DNA from: a virus
Taxonomy: Duplodnaviria > Caudoviricetes
DNA: 58,718 nucleotides
IMG/VR virus record: IMGVR_UViG_3300025305_000019
Coordinates: 1 to 58,718 of that record
Strand: one strand, 5' to 3'
Notes under the pieces: generated by a model
The model's database searches: none
Told to the model about the DNA's origin: nothing
What the model saw: only the letters and a program-made list of their open reading frames with translations
Shown: one piece after another, positions 1-10,276 of the stretch
Layout: every line of letters starts with the position of its first letter
Numbering within the stretch: position 1 is the first letter of the stretch
Translations under genes and position numbers: made by a program

Positions 1-8
1 CCGGTGGA

Positions 9-134
9 GGCTGCCACCGCATCTACGGGGGCATTCGGGTCAACGGCGGCAGCCTCCACCGGGGCAGCGGGGGCTACATCGGGGGTCTGGGTGGTGGTTT
101 CCTCTGCCACGGCTGGCGCTGGGGTGGCTTCAGC
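9..134. repeat. Terminal overlap (126 bp identical to 58593-58718); genome is circular or circularly permuted
   Basis: Direct sequence identity GGCTGCCACCGC...GGCTTCAGC at both ends; the reading frame of the giant gene continues across the join. Confidence 0.95.
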
Positions 135-1529
135 GACCGGGGCAGTGTCACCCACCGGGGCAACGGTAGCGGCCTCTGGCGACCCCTCCACGGGGCTCAC
201 AGGGGCTTCTACCACAGGTTGTGCTGGGGTTACCTCTGGTGGTAACTGGGTTCCGGCGTTCTCAAGCGCCACGGACTGCTCGGGCGACGGGGCAATGGGG
301 TCCACGACCGTCAGGCCACGGGCCTTTACCTTGGAGGTAACATCGACCTGCTCGTCATACGTCAGCGCACTCATACTGCGCTGGTAGTTCTTACGGGCCT
401 GAAGTTCCTGCGCGGTGGTGAAGCTACCTTCGGAGGTAACGTCCGTTGCATCCACGACAGGTGCAGCCCCTGCCACACCCGGTACAGCCGGATCGGTAAC
501 AGGCGGCGCGACCGGCTGGGTAGCGATCACGTTGTCCGATGGTGTCATGGCTTCATCGACAGCGGTGCGGGGGCGGCTCGGGTTACCGGCCACACCAGAG
601 ATACCGCCACCCAGCAGGCCACCGAGGACACCGCCCTCTAGTGCACCCGTGGCGATCTGGCCGACATCGTAGTCTTCCTGCAAGCCGCCAGCGATCATGG
701 CGTCCTGATTGGCTGCCACTTCAGCGCCCGACTGGATTGCTTCCGTGGAGCCGCCTTCAGCGATGCCAGAGCCGACGCGCTTGGCGACACCCTTCTCACC
801 TTCGGCAAGCAAGCTGGACCCGGCCTTGGTCGTGAGGCCACGCGCTGCCATACCGCCGACACCGATGGAGTTGGTCACGGCACCGAGGACGCCGAGCATC
901 AGGGGCTTGTAGCCCATCATCATCGCGTTGTACTGCTGGCGTGCCTCACGCTCGGGAACGCCACTGGCACGAAGCTCGCGGTAGGCCGGGACTTCCTCCT
1001 GAAGTTCAGCGTCAGGGAGGGCGTCCGTCGCCTTCATCACATCGTCAATCATGCCAGCCGACGACATGACCGCACCAGTGCCAGCCGCCGTAGCGGTCGC
1101 CATGAGGGCAGCGGGGAAGATGGTAGCCGGGATGGCAGCCGCGAGGCCGACCGTCGCCGCCACGTCAGGAACCATCTGTGAACCCTTGAGGGCAAGGGTC
1201 GTCAGGCTCCAGAAGTCAGGATCGGTAACCGTGGACTGGATGCGACGGGCAGCGTCGGGAGAAAGCGACTTCTCGATGCCGCCCTCAAGATCGCCAAACA
1301 GGCCCTGCGTCAGTTCACCGAAATACTGGACAGCCTTGGAGGTGTTCGCCTCCGGGTCTTCGGTGTTCTCGCCAAGCGCACGGACCATGGCTCCAAGGTC
1401 GGAGCCCATACCAGCGAGACGGCCACCGACTGCCTTGCCGAAATCGGATATACCAGTACCATCCTTGTACGGGTCAGCTTCGCCGTAAATCTTGTTGATC
1501 TGGTCGTCGGTCAGGGCGTTGTCGGCCAT
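9..1529 (-). CDS. 5' part of giant polyvalent virion/ejection protein (continues at 58592 down to 53097; ~2338 aa total)
   Basis: ATG at 1529 preceded by GAGGA; open frame MADNALTDDQINK... runs to the contig start; joined length 7017 nt is in frame with ORF 53097..58694. Confidence 0.85.
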
Positions 1530-1548
1530 GGTAATTCCTCAAAAGAAA

Positions 1549-1582
1549 ACGGCTAGGTTACCTCGGGGGGTAATCTAGCCGT
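1549..1582 (-). terminator. Hairpin with T-tract built around a GTTACC-N6-GGTAAT palindrome, immediately upstream of the giant gene RBS
   Basis: ACGGCTAGGTTACC...GGTAATCTAGCCGT stem followed on the minus strand by TTTTCTTTT. Confidence 0.55.
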
Positions 1583-1609
1583 AAACGTGTATTTCAGCAA
1601 GCGTTGTTT

Positions 1610-4234
1610 TTATTGCTGTAGAGACATCAACTGGCGGTCAATATCCTTGATGGCCTGCTTTGCCGCGTAGCTGTTGGCCGACCCCCCATTCAGGATGGCT
1701 TCTCGCCGCTGCATCAGCCGTTCGATCTCCACATCGTTGGTCCCATCAGGGATGCCACGCTCTGCCGGGGTGCTTTCGCGAGGGACGTAGCCTTCCGGCG
1801 CTGGCTCCACCATGCTGCCGATTGTCTTACCGGCTTCGGATGCTGCCCCGGTCTTTCCACCGGGATCGCCCGACAGGGCCTTCTGGAGAGCGTCACGCAT
1901 ACTGCCCAGCGTCTCCATGCGACCCCGCCACTTCTCGTCGCTGGCTTTCTGGTCGGCTTCCGCCTGCTCGATAGCGGCCTGACCCATCCGAACCATCTGC
2001 TGCAACTGGCTGGCCGAGCCCTTCGACATGACGAGCGAACGGTCGTCGTTCATCCGCACTTCCACGAGATCGGGGTTGCCACGGATCGGGTTCACCTCAA
2101 ACTCAAGCCCACTGTTCGGGTCAAGCAACTTGGCGACTGTCCGTGCTGCGGCATCACCAGTCATCCGGTTCACGACCTTGCCGTCAACCTGCATGGTAGC
2201 AATGTCCGTCGCGATGTCACCCACGGCAGCGATCTGTTCGGAGGTCATATCACCCCCCTCCAGTTCACTCGTGTATGCCATCGCACCCTCACCAGCCTTG
2301 GCGGTATCGGTGACCGTAGCCCCCTCATACTGCGTGGCCGGTGCACCCTGTGCATCAAGGATGGCCTGATTGAACGTACCGGGGCCGAAGCCCATGGCCG
2401 TCTCTGCCATCTTCTGCGGGTTCATCACCTCGCGGTGCACCGTCTTGCCAGACTGGGCGTCCTTCATCTCGATCTGGTAGCCGCCCTCAACCTTCGTGAC
2501 GCTGATGTCACGACCGTTGGGGATGTTGTCGAACGCATGTTCCGCCAGCTTCGCCGCCTGATCGGTATCACCACTCTCTGCGGCGACCTGTGCAAGCGAC
2601 ATAAACTTGGATGCCTCCAAGCGGTAGAACTGCGTCATCTGGGCAGCGGCAGCCTGTGCCTTCTCCACGTCTCCCTGATCCATGTGGTACTGGTACACGA
2701 GGCCGATGGCCTTCATGTTACGCTCACCCGGCTGCATCTTGCGCTCCGGGTCGATGCGATCCATGACCTGTTTCATCATCTGCTTCGGTGCAGCGCCATA
2801 CCCCTTGAGGTAATTCTGGCGCTGTGCCTCAAGCTCCGGGTCTGCGATGGCACTACCCTGCGCTGCTCCCATGTCAGCAATGGCACGCTTCAGGCCCTCA
2901 CGGGTTGCGATGCGCCCACGCTCATATGGTGACAGGGCCGAGAGGTCTTCGTTACCTTCCGAGGTAACCGGCTCGTCCGTGTCGTCCGCGATAGCCCCCT
3001 GATACTGTGGGCGGCTAGTCGGTGCCGGGACATCCTCCGGTATAGCGCCCGTCGCACCGCCTGCATCAGCCATCTCAAGGCTCTCGATGTCTTCTTCCTG
3101 CTCTGCCATGTCCTCATAATCTTCATCGGGTTCCTCGATCATCCCGCCGAGGGCCGCTTGGACCGCCTTCTTGCGCGGCTTGCGTGCACCGACCAACTCG
3201 ATATGCCACGGCTCATGCTTCATCGGGAAGTGCAGGCCGTACTTCTGCGCGTTCTCGTGCAGGTACTGCTGGACTTCCTTGGGTGCACTCCGCATACCCA
3301 TGTCGGCTGCCGTGCCGTGGTTGTGCTGCGAGCCACCCGGAGGGGCAACCCACTTGCGAGCCGCCGCCACGCTGCCATACTTCTTAACGGCGTCACGGAA
3401 CAATCGCTCCTGCGTTTCCGGGGAGCGATAGGCCGAGTTGATTTTGATCTGCCGCTTGATCTCTGGCGGCGCGTCATCCACAAGGGCAGCGAGGGCGTTG
3501 CCAAACGAGGCATTGAGCCCACCGAAACTGTCTGCCCGTGCCTTCGCCCCACCCGATGCAAACGCATTCAGGAATTCAGGCTGGTAGGAACGGCGACCGC
3601 CACCCCCACCCATAGCGTTCACGGCACCGATGGCCCCGCCACCCTGATCGTCAGGCGAGTAGTTCATCGGCTGCACCGTGGCCTCACCATCGCTGCCACC
3701 GTATGCCTCGGGGATTGCCCCGCTGGTACCGCCCAACGTCCGGTCGAGGAAACCCCCGATGGAGTTGGTCGTCTGGGCGTCGGGCGACTGTGCCTGCTCA
3801 AGACGCAAGGCATCCCGTGCTAGCCCAAGACGCTCTGCCTCACGGGCGTCGGACTGGATCGCACGCTCGTCCTGCCGACCGTACCGCTCCTGCTGATCTT
3901 CGTATACCTGATCCCGCCACTTGTCGCTGGAGATGTCACGGTTACGGTTATAGGTGGTCGTATCGTCATACCGCGCATCGCCAATGGCGTACCGCTGCTG
4001 CTGGTCAGCACGGCCAGTTTCCCAGCGATAGTCGCTCTTCGCGGCCTGCTGATCGCGGAAGGCGTTGTCTTCGGCACGCCACTCGCCCGTGCGCTCGAAG
4101 CCCTCCTGTGCACGACGCTCGGAGGCTTCCTTACGGGCTTCCTCCCTGTCTTCCTTTTCCTTCTCGCGTGGCCCCTTAATCAGCTTGTAGCCGGTGGTGA
4201 AGCCATTCACGAAGTCTTCAAGTTCACTCGCCAT
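1610..4234 (-). CDS. Internal virion/ejection protein with M15 (VanY-like D-Ala-D-Ala peptidase) domain
   Basis: 874 aa; SAYRS..Q..LF...APPGGSQHNHGTAAD...EPWHIE peptidase M15 motifs; position among ejection genes. Confidence 0.8.
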   Translation of the reverse strand: MASELEDFVNGFTTGYKLIKGPREKEKEDREEARKEASERRAQEGFERTGEWRAEDNAFRDQQAAKSDYRWETGRADQQQRYAIGDARYDDTTTYNRNRDISSDKWRDQVYEDQQERYGRQDERAIQSDAREAERLGLARDALRLEQAQSPDAQTTNSIGGFLDRTLGGTSGAIPEAYGGSDGEATVQPMNYSPDDQGGGAIGAVNAMGGGGGRRSYQPEFLNAFASGGAKARADSFGGLNASFGNALAALVDDAPPEIKRQIKINSAYRSPETQERLFRDAVKKYGSVAAARKWVAPPGGSQHNHGTAADMGMRSAPKEVQQYLHENAQKYGLHFPMKHEPWHIELVGARKPRKKAVQAALGGMIEEPDEDYEDMAEQEEDIESLEMADAGGATGAIPEDVPAPTSRPQYQGAIADDTDEPVTSEGNEDLSALSPYERGRIATREGLKRAIADMGAAQGSAIADPELEAQRQNYLKGYGAAPKQMMKQVMDRIDPERKMQPGERNMKAIGLVYQYHMDQGDVEKAQAAAAQMTQFYRLEASKFMSLAQVAAESGDTDQAAKLAEHAFDNIPNGRDISVTKVEGGYQIEMKDAQSGKTVHREVMNPQKMAETAMGFGPGTFNQAILDAQGAPATQYEGATVTDTAKAGEGAMAYTSELEGGDMTSEQIAAVGDIATDIATMQVDGKVVNRMTGDAAARTVAKLLDPNSGLEFEVNPIRGNPDLVEVRMNDDRSLVMSKGSASQLQQMVRMGQAAIEQAEADQKASDEKWRGRMETLGSMRDALQKALSGDPGGKTGAASEAGKTIGSMVEPAPEGYVPRESTPAERGIPDGTNDVEIERLMQRREAILNGGSANSYAAKQAIKDIDRQLMSLQQ

Positions 4235-4268
4235 GTGTCTTATCCTTGGGTGTTACCTCGTGAGGTAA

Positions 4269-5354
4269 TTACTTCGACGTGTAGACCGGGGGCTCTTGGA
4301 GCGGCGGTCCCTCGGTCGGGATGGCTCCGGTCTGTTGCTTGGCTTCATCACGTTCGCGCTGGGCCTTGTCAATCAGTCCGTACAGATGCTTCTCACCAAA
4401 CCATGATACAGCATCGTCAGGGATGACAAACTCGCCAGCGTTGAGCCGTGCCGGGACATCATCCACGATGGCTCCACCCGATGGGCTCATCTCGTCAGGG
4501 ATGGCCCCACCTTCCTGCGGATCAGGGACGGCACCGCCTTCCGCGAGGCCGAACGCCTTACCTGCGAGGCCACCCACGAGGCCAAGGGCACTGCCCCAAC
4601 CCGACGAGGTGTTGTTTGCCTTCACGCGGTCAAGCTGGTTCTGGTAGCCCATGTTGAGGGTGTTGCCCCAACCTGCGAGGGCCTGATTTCCCTGCCCGTT
4701 CCACTGGACGCCGGTACCCATGGTGTTGGCACCTGTCTGGGTCGCGGCATTCGTGGCACCGGCTGCGCCCTGCCCAGCGCCCTGCGATACGCCGTAACTC
4801 TGGGCGATCTGGCCGGGGTAGCCCTTACCGATGTTGATGGCTTCCGAACGCAGCGCACGCGCCGTGTCTTCCACCCGGTTGCTCGCGACAGTGCCAGCCG
4901 ACGCCTGCGCCGCTGCCTGCGCTGTCCGCATACCCATGTCGAGCGCGGAGTAGCGGGTCGAGCTTGGGTCGATGCCATACGCCTCAAGGTCTTTCTGGGC
5001 GTTCTCCCGCTGGGCGTTGAACTGGGTCGCTACGCCAGCCTGCGCCATGCCCATCTGCTGGTCGCGGCGCTCCTGCGTGTCGTAAGTCTTGGCATCGTTG
5101 ATAAGGTCGTCTTCGAGCGGCTGGTACTTTTCCTCGTACCGCGCACGATCACGAACGGCAGCTTCGGACGTTTCATCCATGTCGGCTAGGAAGCTGTCAA
5201 CCACACGGTTCGTGATCGCGCTATCCTTGGCCCACTGCTCTTTGGCCCATGCAAGCTGTTCGCGGCCAAGCTGCAACGAGGCTTCTGCGCTCGCCTGCTG
5301 TGCGGCGGCAACCGGGCCATAATCCGGGGGAGGGGGTGCTTTGGACTTGCCCAC
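4269..5354 (-). CDS. Internal virion/DNA-ejection protein
   Basis: 361 aa Gly/Ala/Gln-rich; N-terminal KAPPPPDY typical of podovirus ejection proteins; DDVPARLNAGEFVIP motif; synteny after GNAT. Confidence 0.7.
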   Translation of the reverse strand: MGKSKAPPPPDYGPVAAAQQASAEASLQLGREQLAWAKEQWAKDSAITNRVVDSFLADMDETSEAAVRDRARYEEKYQPLEDDLINDAKTYDTQERRDQQMGMAQAGVATQFNAQRENAQKDLEAYGIDPSSTRYSALDMGMRTAQAAAQASAGTVASNRVEDTARALRSEAINIGKGYPGQIAQSYGVSQGAGQGAAGATNAATQTGANTMGTGVQWNGQGNQALAGWGNTLNMGYQNQLDRVKANNTSSGWGSALGLVGGLAGKAFGLAEGGAVPDPQEGGAIPDEMSPSGGAIVDDVPARLNAGEFVIPDDAVSWFGEKHLYGLIDKAQRERDEAKQQTGAIPTEGPPLQEPPVYTSK

Positions 5355-5359
5355 TGGTG

Positions 5360-5806
5360 TTACCTCGCGTGGTAATTCGGTTTGATGTCTCGGGGCTTCA
5401 GCTTCAAAGCCCTACAGTCTTCCTTGACCATATTCATCAGTATCATATCGTCATCAGGAAAGACAGAGGGTATCCGCACTAGCTCTTTGAACCCGAGGGA
5501 GAGGTTGAACTTGATCGCGTCGGCGTTCTTGGCAGGTACCTGCCCGAACACCTGATTGCAGCCAAGCTGGATAAACGGGTAGTCAAACGTCATCCACAAG
5601 AGATCACGGTTGACCCAGAATTTTCGGAAGCTGCCGACATGGATAGCGATGGAGCCACCCTTGCCGGTAAAGTTCTCGAACAGGCTGCCCCCGTATAGCT
5701 CGCCATTCTCGGTGCGGGAGATGACGGTGTGCAGTTCCTTGCTGTAGATGGAACCGTACTGGGCTGCGATCCGCCTGCCGTGTTCGTGGTTGTTGATGTG
5801 GATCAT
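5360..5806 (-). CDS. GNAT-fold acetyltransferase-like virion assembly protein
   Basis: FDYPFIQLGC...VPAKNADAIKFNLSLGF GNAT signature; conserved position between tail tube B and ejection genes. Confidence 0.75.
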   Translation of the reverse strand: MIHINNHEHGRRIAAQYGSIYSKELHTVISRTENGELYGGSLFENFTGKGGSIAIHVGSFRKFWVNRDLLWMTFDYPFIQLGCNQVFGQVPAKNADAIKFNLSLGFKELVRIPSVFPDDDMILMNMVKEDCRALKLKPRDIKPNYHAR

Positions 5807-6003
5807 TTCTTGGGTACGTCCTTCGGCGCGATAAGGCCCAAGTCCAGCAAGTCCTGCCATGTGACGGCAGCGTTGAGGGGTGAGCCTCGCTGCCTAAGCA
5901 AAATCTCGGTGGCCTCTTTCAAAGCCGCCGAGGTCTGTTGCAGGGACTGAACACTTGGGGCCGGTTCTGGTATACCGGGATACGGGTTGGATGTCTTAGA
6001 CAC
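5803..6003 (-). CDS. Small hypothetical virion protein
   Basis: 66 aa, overlaps both flanking genes in the operon. Confidence 0.6.
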   Translation of the reverse strand: MSKTSNPYPGIPEPAPSVQSLQQTSAALKEATEILLRQRGSPLNAAVTWQDLLDLGLIAPKDVPKK

Positions 6004-7792
6004 TCTTTAGTTCCTTCACCGATGTAGCCATCTGGAAAGACTTGAACCTGACGACCCCCTCAATCTCGATCTGCCAGAAGTCAGCTTTATACCCAGACGG
6101 CAGGCGGAGCAACTGGCCCGGTGTGCGAAGCTCGCGGGTTGCGACGTGCTTGCCATCTGCGAAGATGCGGACGATGGCAATCTGATGCTCTGGGTCGTAG
6201 GTCTGGACGAGATCGTGGTTCGGCGTACCTAGCAGTTCCGGGTTAGGGTAATCCTTCTCGTAGAAGTACGCTTTGCACGCTGCGAAGTTGACGGGCTCCG
6301 GTGTCTGGAAAATCTTCGACAGCCAGCGGTAAGGCTGCTTCAGATGCCCCACGTTCTGGTCGAGCCACTGGACTTTACCATCGAAGGTAACCAGCATCTC
6401 ACCCGACAGGTTGTCATTCTCCACTGACGTTATGAGCGTGTTCGCCGTCAGGAGGGAGATACCAGCGTTGGCATTCTTCGGGTTGACCATGAACCCGCTA
6501 TTACCTTGCAAGGTAACGGACGCCTGCTGGAATGCGTCCTGCTGGAATGCGTTCTGCTGGATCGAGATAGGCGTACCACCCGAAAACGCGAAGTAGGCCG
6601 TACCGAACTTGCCTGCCCTGATCTGCTTCACGGTCAGAAGCTTCAGCCATTCCTCACGGCTGATGACCTGCTCGGTGACATTCTGGGCGATACCCGGATT
6701 GACGAGGATCAGCCCGTTCGGAGACGCATAGTAGACGCCATCCGCCGAACTGACGATGGAGCCACGAGAGATGCACGGCTCAAACGTGGCGACACGAGAG
6801 GTGGAGATCGACGCCGGGTTGACACCCGAGGCCGTCATGGGTGTGCCTTCCGTCAGCACCACGAGCGTCTGGTTCGTGACCCCCAGCCCGACGATGTTAT
6901 AGTCGAGGCTCAAGGTATAGGCGGCAGGCCATGCGTGCGGACGGTAGGCTTCGGAGAACCAAAGCTCATTGCCACGGAACCCGGCGAGGATACCGTTAGG
7001 CATGGCTGCCAGACCCTGCATGTCCGAGGGTGGCCCACTCCAAGCCGTGCTGCGGAGCGGGTTGTTACTCGCAAGGTTGGTATCGAGAACCGTGTCACTG
7101 AAGTTCTGCGATGCCGTCTGTGCCGGGATATTCTTGACGAGGTAGTAATCCACACCGCCATCAGCAGCGACGACCGTGCGGTATACGTTGACTGATACGA
7201 TGTTCCGATTGACGCCGAGATCGTTGGGGTTAATCACTCCCGGCTGGGTAACCGTATAGGTGGCGTCCACCTTACCATTGATGGTAACGGCAGGGGAGAC
7301 TGGGCCTTCCTCACCATACGCCGTTACATAGGTCGAGACGTATGCACGCGACACGAGGGTGCTGGATGCGCCGCCTGTGGCAGATACCGTAATAGCCGGG
7401 GGGTTGGGCAGGCCGAGCAGGAACGCCGGTTGGCCTGCAATAATCCGGTCACGGGTATTGTATCGGGGGGATACGGACTTCGACGCGAAGTAGTATCGCT
7501 TATACATATCGTTCGCCACCGGGGCGCGGAGGAAATCCGTGTTGGGGTCATCAAACTCCAGCCAGTAGCTGTTCGCGAGGTATAGCGGGTCTTCCTCATT
7601 GATGGGGATGCGGAAGGCCACACCCGCCGTCTGACGGACCATGTTGTGGATCGAGGTGTATTTGGGCAGGCCCTCAAGGGCACCAGAATACAGAAGGACG
7701 TTGACCGCTTCCGCCGCATTGTTCTCGGAGAGCAGGTGGTCGTCAAGGGCTGGCATCATACCGGCAAAGGTGGGGATATTCAGCGCGACCAT
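5996..7792 (-). CDS. Tail tubular protein B / stabilisation (nozzle) protein
   Basis: 598 aa beta-rich; GILAGFRGNELWFSEAYRPHAWP and YVTAYGEEG motifs typical of podovirus nozzle proteins. Confidence 0.75.
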   Translation of the reverse strand: MVALNIPTFAGMMPALDDHLLSENNAAEAVNVLLYSGALEGLPKYTSIHNMVRQTAGVAFRIPINEEDPLYLANSYWLEFDDPNTDFLRAPVANDMYKRYYFASKSVSPRYNTRDRIIAGQPAFLLGLPNPPAITVSATGGASSTLVSRAYVSTYVTAYGEEGPVSPAVTINGKVDATYTVTQPGVINPNDLGVNRNIVSVNVYRTVVAADGGVDYYLVKNIPAQTASQNFSDTVLDTNLASNNPLRSTAWSGPPSDMQGLAAMPNGILAGFRGNELWFSEAYRPHAWPAAYTLSLDYNIVGLGVTNQTLVVLTEGTPMTASGVNPASISTSRVATFEPCISRGSIVSSADGVYYASPNGLILVNPGIAQNVTEQVISREEWLKLLTVKQIRAGKFGTAYFAFSGGTPISIQQNAFQQDAFQQASVTLQGNSGFMVNPKNANAGISLLTANTLITSVENDNLSGEMLVTFDGKVQWLDQNVGHLKQPYRWLSKIFQTPEPVNFAACKAYFYEKDYPNPELLGTPNHDLVQTYDPEHQIAIVRIFADGKHVATRELRTPGQLLRLPSGYKADFWQIEIEGVVRFKSFQMATSVKELKSV

Positions 7793-7832
7793 GTAAGTTA
7801 TCCCGTGCTAGTTACCTTCGGAGGTAACAGAG

Positions 7833-7863
7833 AAAAGGCGGTGCGTGAAGATCACACACCGCC
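7833..7863 (-). terminator. Rho-independent terminator
   Basis: GGCGGTG...CACCGCC stem with TTTT on the minus strand downstream of ORF 7892..8443. Confidence 0.6.
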
Positions 7864-7891
7864 CTCAATTAAGCAAGCCTAATCTTTGGGA

Positions 7892-8443
7892 TCAGGCGTC
7901 TTCGACAGTCGTGCGACCTACCGGCGAAGCAGACTTCCGGTTGCCCAGAGCCTTCTTGCCCCGGTCCATCTCGGCGCGGGTGCGCTCCGAAATGTTGTCA
8001 CCGAACACGGTTGCGACCGGCTGGCCGTCCCGCGTCTGCGCCGTACCATGACGCCAAGTCGGGACACCGAGTGCCTTATCCGGGTCGCTGTCCGCGTAGT
8101 TCTTGGCGTCACCGCCATCACCCTTGACATCGCCCATGGCTTCCGGGTCGAGGCTGCCGGTCAGGCTGTTGGCAGCCGACTGGACGTTCAGCTTGACGTT
8201 AGCCTCGGCGGCTTCCTTCTGCTTCGTCTCTTCCTCGCTCGTGAGGCGAACGGCCTCCGGGTTGGTCTTGGTGGCGTCGGCTTCCTTCTGGGCGGCGACG
8301 TTCTTGGCGCGAGCGGCTTCGATCAGGGCCTTCGTCTTGGACGAGGTGGTGCCCTGCGCCGGAACGGCGACGGTGGACTTCACTTCGTCGTCGGATGCCT
8401 TCTTGTCGTCGGTTTTGCTGGTGTCGTTCTTGGCGTCAGCCAT
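7892..8443 (-). CDS. Hypothetical acidic/low-complexity protein
   Basis: 183 aa, GGAG RBS, phage-like codon usage, own terminator. Confidence 0.7.
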   Translation of the reverse strand: MADAKNDTSKTDDKKASDDEVKSTVAVPAQGTTSSKTKALIEAARAKNVAAQKEADATKTNPEAVRLTSEEETKQKEAAEANVKLNVQSAANSLTGSLDPEAMGDVKGDGGDAKNYADSDPDKALGVPTWRHGTAQTRDGQPVATVFGDNISERTRAEMDRGKKALGNRKSASPVGRTTVEDA

Positions 8444-8511
8444 TATGTTTCTCCGTTCAATGGCTCACTCCGAGCCGTGACAGTGCCTATATAGCACAGA
8501 ATTTGGGGTAA

Positions 8512-9633
8512 TCAAACGCTGTTTTTCTTAGCGTCATACGCCCCCTTGAAGGACATGATAACACTGGAGGCCGCACCCAGCAACGTGCTGAAGGCGAACC
8601 CAAGCGTAACACTGTCCACGTCTGCCGGGATGAGCCCGTAGATGTCCATGATGAACAGCAGGGCACCTGCCGGTACGCCTACACCGAGAGAGCCGTATGC
8701 CGCCCCCTTGGCTGCGCCCTTGGCCTTCTCGATGGGTCCACCCACCTCGTCAGGGGAAGGTGGCACCACTACATCCGGCAGGGGTGTCCATGTCGGCGTG
8801 GGCATCGGAGCCGGGGCCGGGGCAGGCGTTACCACCGAAGGTAACGTGACTTCCTCGGTCCACGGCGGCAGCCGATCCTTGGCCGACGACGAGTTGTAGA
8901 AGTCAAGCGCACGCTGCGCCCACTCGATACGGGCCGGGTAGTTCTTGATACCAGCACGCTCGTAAGTGACCTCGAAGGCTTCCACCTTCTCGATCAGGGT
9001 ATTCTTGCGCTGGATGGCGGGGATGGCACGGCGCTCGTCGCCCTTCAGTTCCACGAACAGCCATTTGTAGGCTGCCACGTCCGAAGACTTATCGAGCCCG
9101 TTGCGAGCGCAATACGCCTCGAAGGCAACACGCCGCGAGCCGGTCCACTGGAACCACGAATAGCCCCCACGGGAGCCCGGTACAGTCGGCTTGGCTTCAT
9201 TGATCGGGCGAAGGCCGTCGCTCTCATAGCCCCCGTTGCCGACGATGGCAGCCGCGTCGAGGACGCCGATGCCGAAGTCTGCCATCAGGGTCGCCATAAC
9301 CCAAGGGGCTTTTTCCTTGAAGGACGCAATACCTGCGTTGGACATTGTAGGGTTCCTTGTTGGGTTTTCGGTGTTACTTCCCGAGGTAACCTTTTTCCGT
9401 TTCCAGTTCCAGAAAAGCGCCCCGAAAGCCGAGACGCCGACGAACATTAGCACTCCCATACCAGTGCCCCCGATTGCCGATACGCAATCTCCAAGGGCCT
9501 GATCGGCGGCAATCTTATCAATGAGATTGCCGCCTTCCGCATATGCGATGTCGTGCTGTGCACAGCACTGGCTCCACACTGCGGTACCTATTCCTTCAAA
9601 CCAACCCGTGCAGTAGTCGATTGTTTCTTCCAT
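8512..9633 (-). CDS. Endolysin (Phage_lysozyme2-like) with N-terminal PLA2-like domain and C-terminal hydrophobic helices; probable internal start at 9345
   Basis: AAAIVGNGGYES...FQWTGSRR...FEVTYERAG lysozyme motifs; N-terminal DYCT..CCAQHDIAY..AD..L..C motif; AAGGA RBS before MSNAG. Confidence 0.7.
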   Translation of the reverse strand: MEETIDYCTGWFEGIGTAVWSQCCAQHDIAYAEGGNLIDKIAADQALGDCVSAIGGTGMGVLMFVGVSAFGALFWNWKRKKVTSGSNTENPTRNPTMSNAGIASFKEKAPWVMATLMADFGIGVLDAAAIVGNGGYESDGLRPINEAKPTVPGSRGGYSWFQWTGSRRVAFEAYCARNGLDKSSDVAAYKWLFVELKGDERRAIPAIQRKNTLIEKVEAFEVTYERAGIKNYPARIEWAQRALDFYNSSSAKDRLPPWTEEVTLPSVVTPAPAPAPMPTPTWTPLPDVVVPPSPDEVGGPIEKAKGAAKGAAYGSLGVGVPAGALLFIMDIYGLIPADVDSVTLGFAFSTLLGAASSVIMSFKGAYDAKKNSV

Positions 9634-10262
9634 CAGAGCTTTGCTGCGAAGATGAACAGGTTGTCGATGGCTTCATCATCCATGCCTTGGGTCTGGCCGA
9701 TGATGCTAGTCAGCGGGTTGTCGCGACGGAACTCGGTCGCCCCAGACAGGAGCATGGTGGCCGAGAACTTATCACTTGCAGGCATTTTGTCAATCACAGC
9801 CTGCAACGGTTCGGGTATCTCGCCGCTCTTGACGGCAGCGAGGGCGTCCGCTTCGCTGATGATGTTGTATTCACTGGAGGCCAGAGCTTGGAAGAACTGG
9901 CGATCCGAGATGGAAGCCGGGACTGCTACCTCGTCAGGTAACGGCGGGAGTAACGTAGCAGAGCCTTCGTCCCACCGCATACCTTTAGACACCTGTGAGG
10001 TGTCCGCGTTGATACCAAGGACATGCTTGCCATCAGGGACGATACGGGTGGGGTCCACCTCTACGTGTGTCACTACACCTTTTTCGTCAGTGGCTGCCCA
10101 GACGCCATAGATAGAACTAACAAACGACCCGTTTGGCTTCAATTCTACCATTTGACGTACAAGATCGTACCAATCATCCCCATCTTCGTTCTCGAAGAAT
10201 ATGATGCCGGGTTCAACCGGATTATCTACCCGGTTGAAAAACCCAAAATTAACAATTTCCAT
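9633..10262 (-). CDS. Tail fibre assembly chaperone-like protein
   Basis: FFENEDGDDWY and C-terminal ISDRQFFQAL...F.RD.PL...IDNLFIFAAKL; downstream of a fibre gene. Confidence 0.65.
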   Translation of the reverse strand: MEIVNFGFFNRVDNPVEPGIIFFENEDGDDWYDLVRQMVELKPNGSFVSSIYGVWAATDEKGVVTHVEVDPTRIVPDGKHVLGINADTSQVSKGMRWDEGSATLLPPLPDEVAVPASISDRQFFQALASSEYNIISEADALAAVKSGEIPEPLQAVIDKMPASDKFSATMLLSGATEFRRDNPLTSIIGQTQGMDDEAIDNLFIFAAKL

Positions 10263-10276
10263 AACAGCCCCTTTGG

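Noticed and set aside
1-15. First 15 bases are the reverse complement of 48-62, and bases 1-8 do not match the circular join
   Set aside because: Most likely a contig-end or chimeric-read artefact within a coding region, not a hairpin telomere
9-134. 126-bp terminal direct repeat as a biological DTR
   Set aside because: It falls mid-gene and its length is close to a typical assembler k-mer overlap; treated as circular overlap
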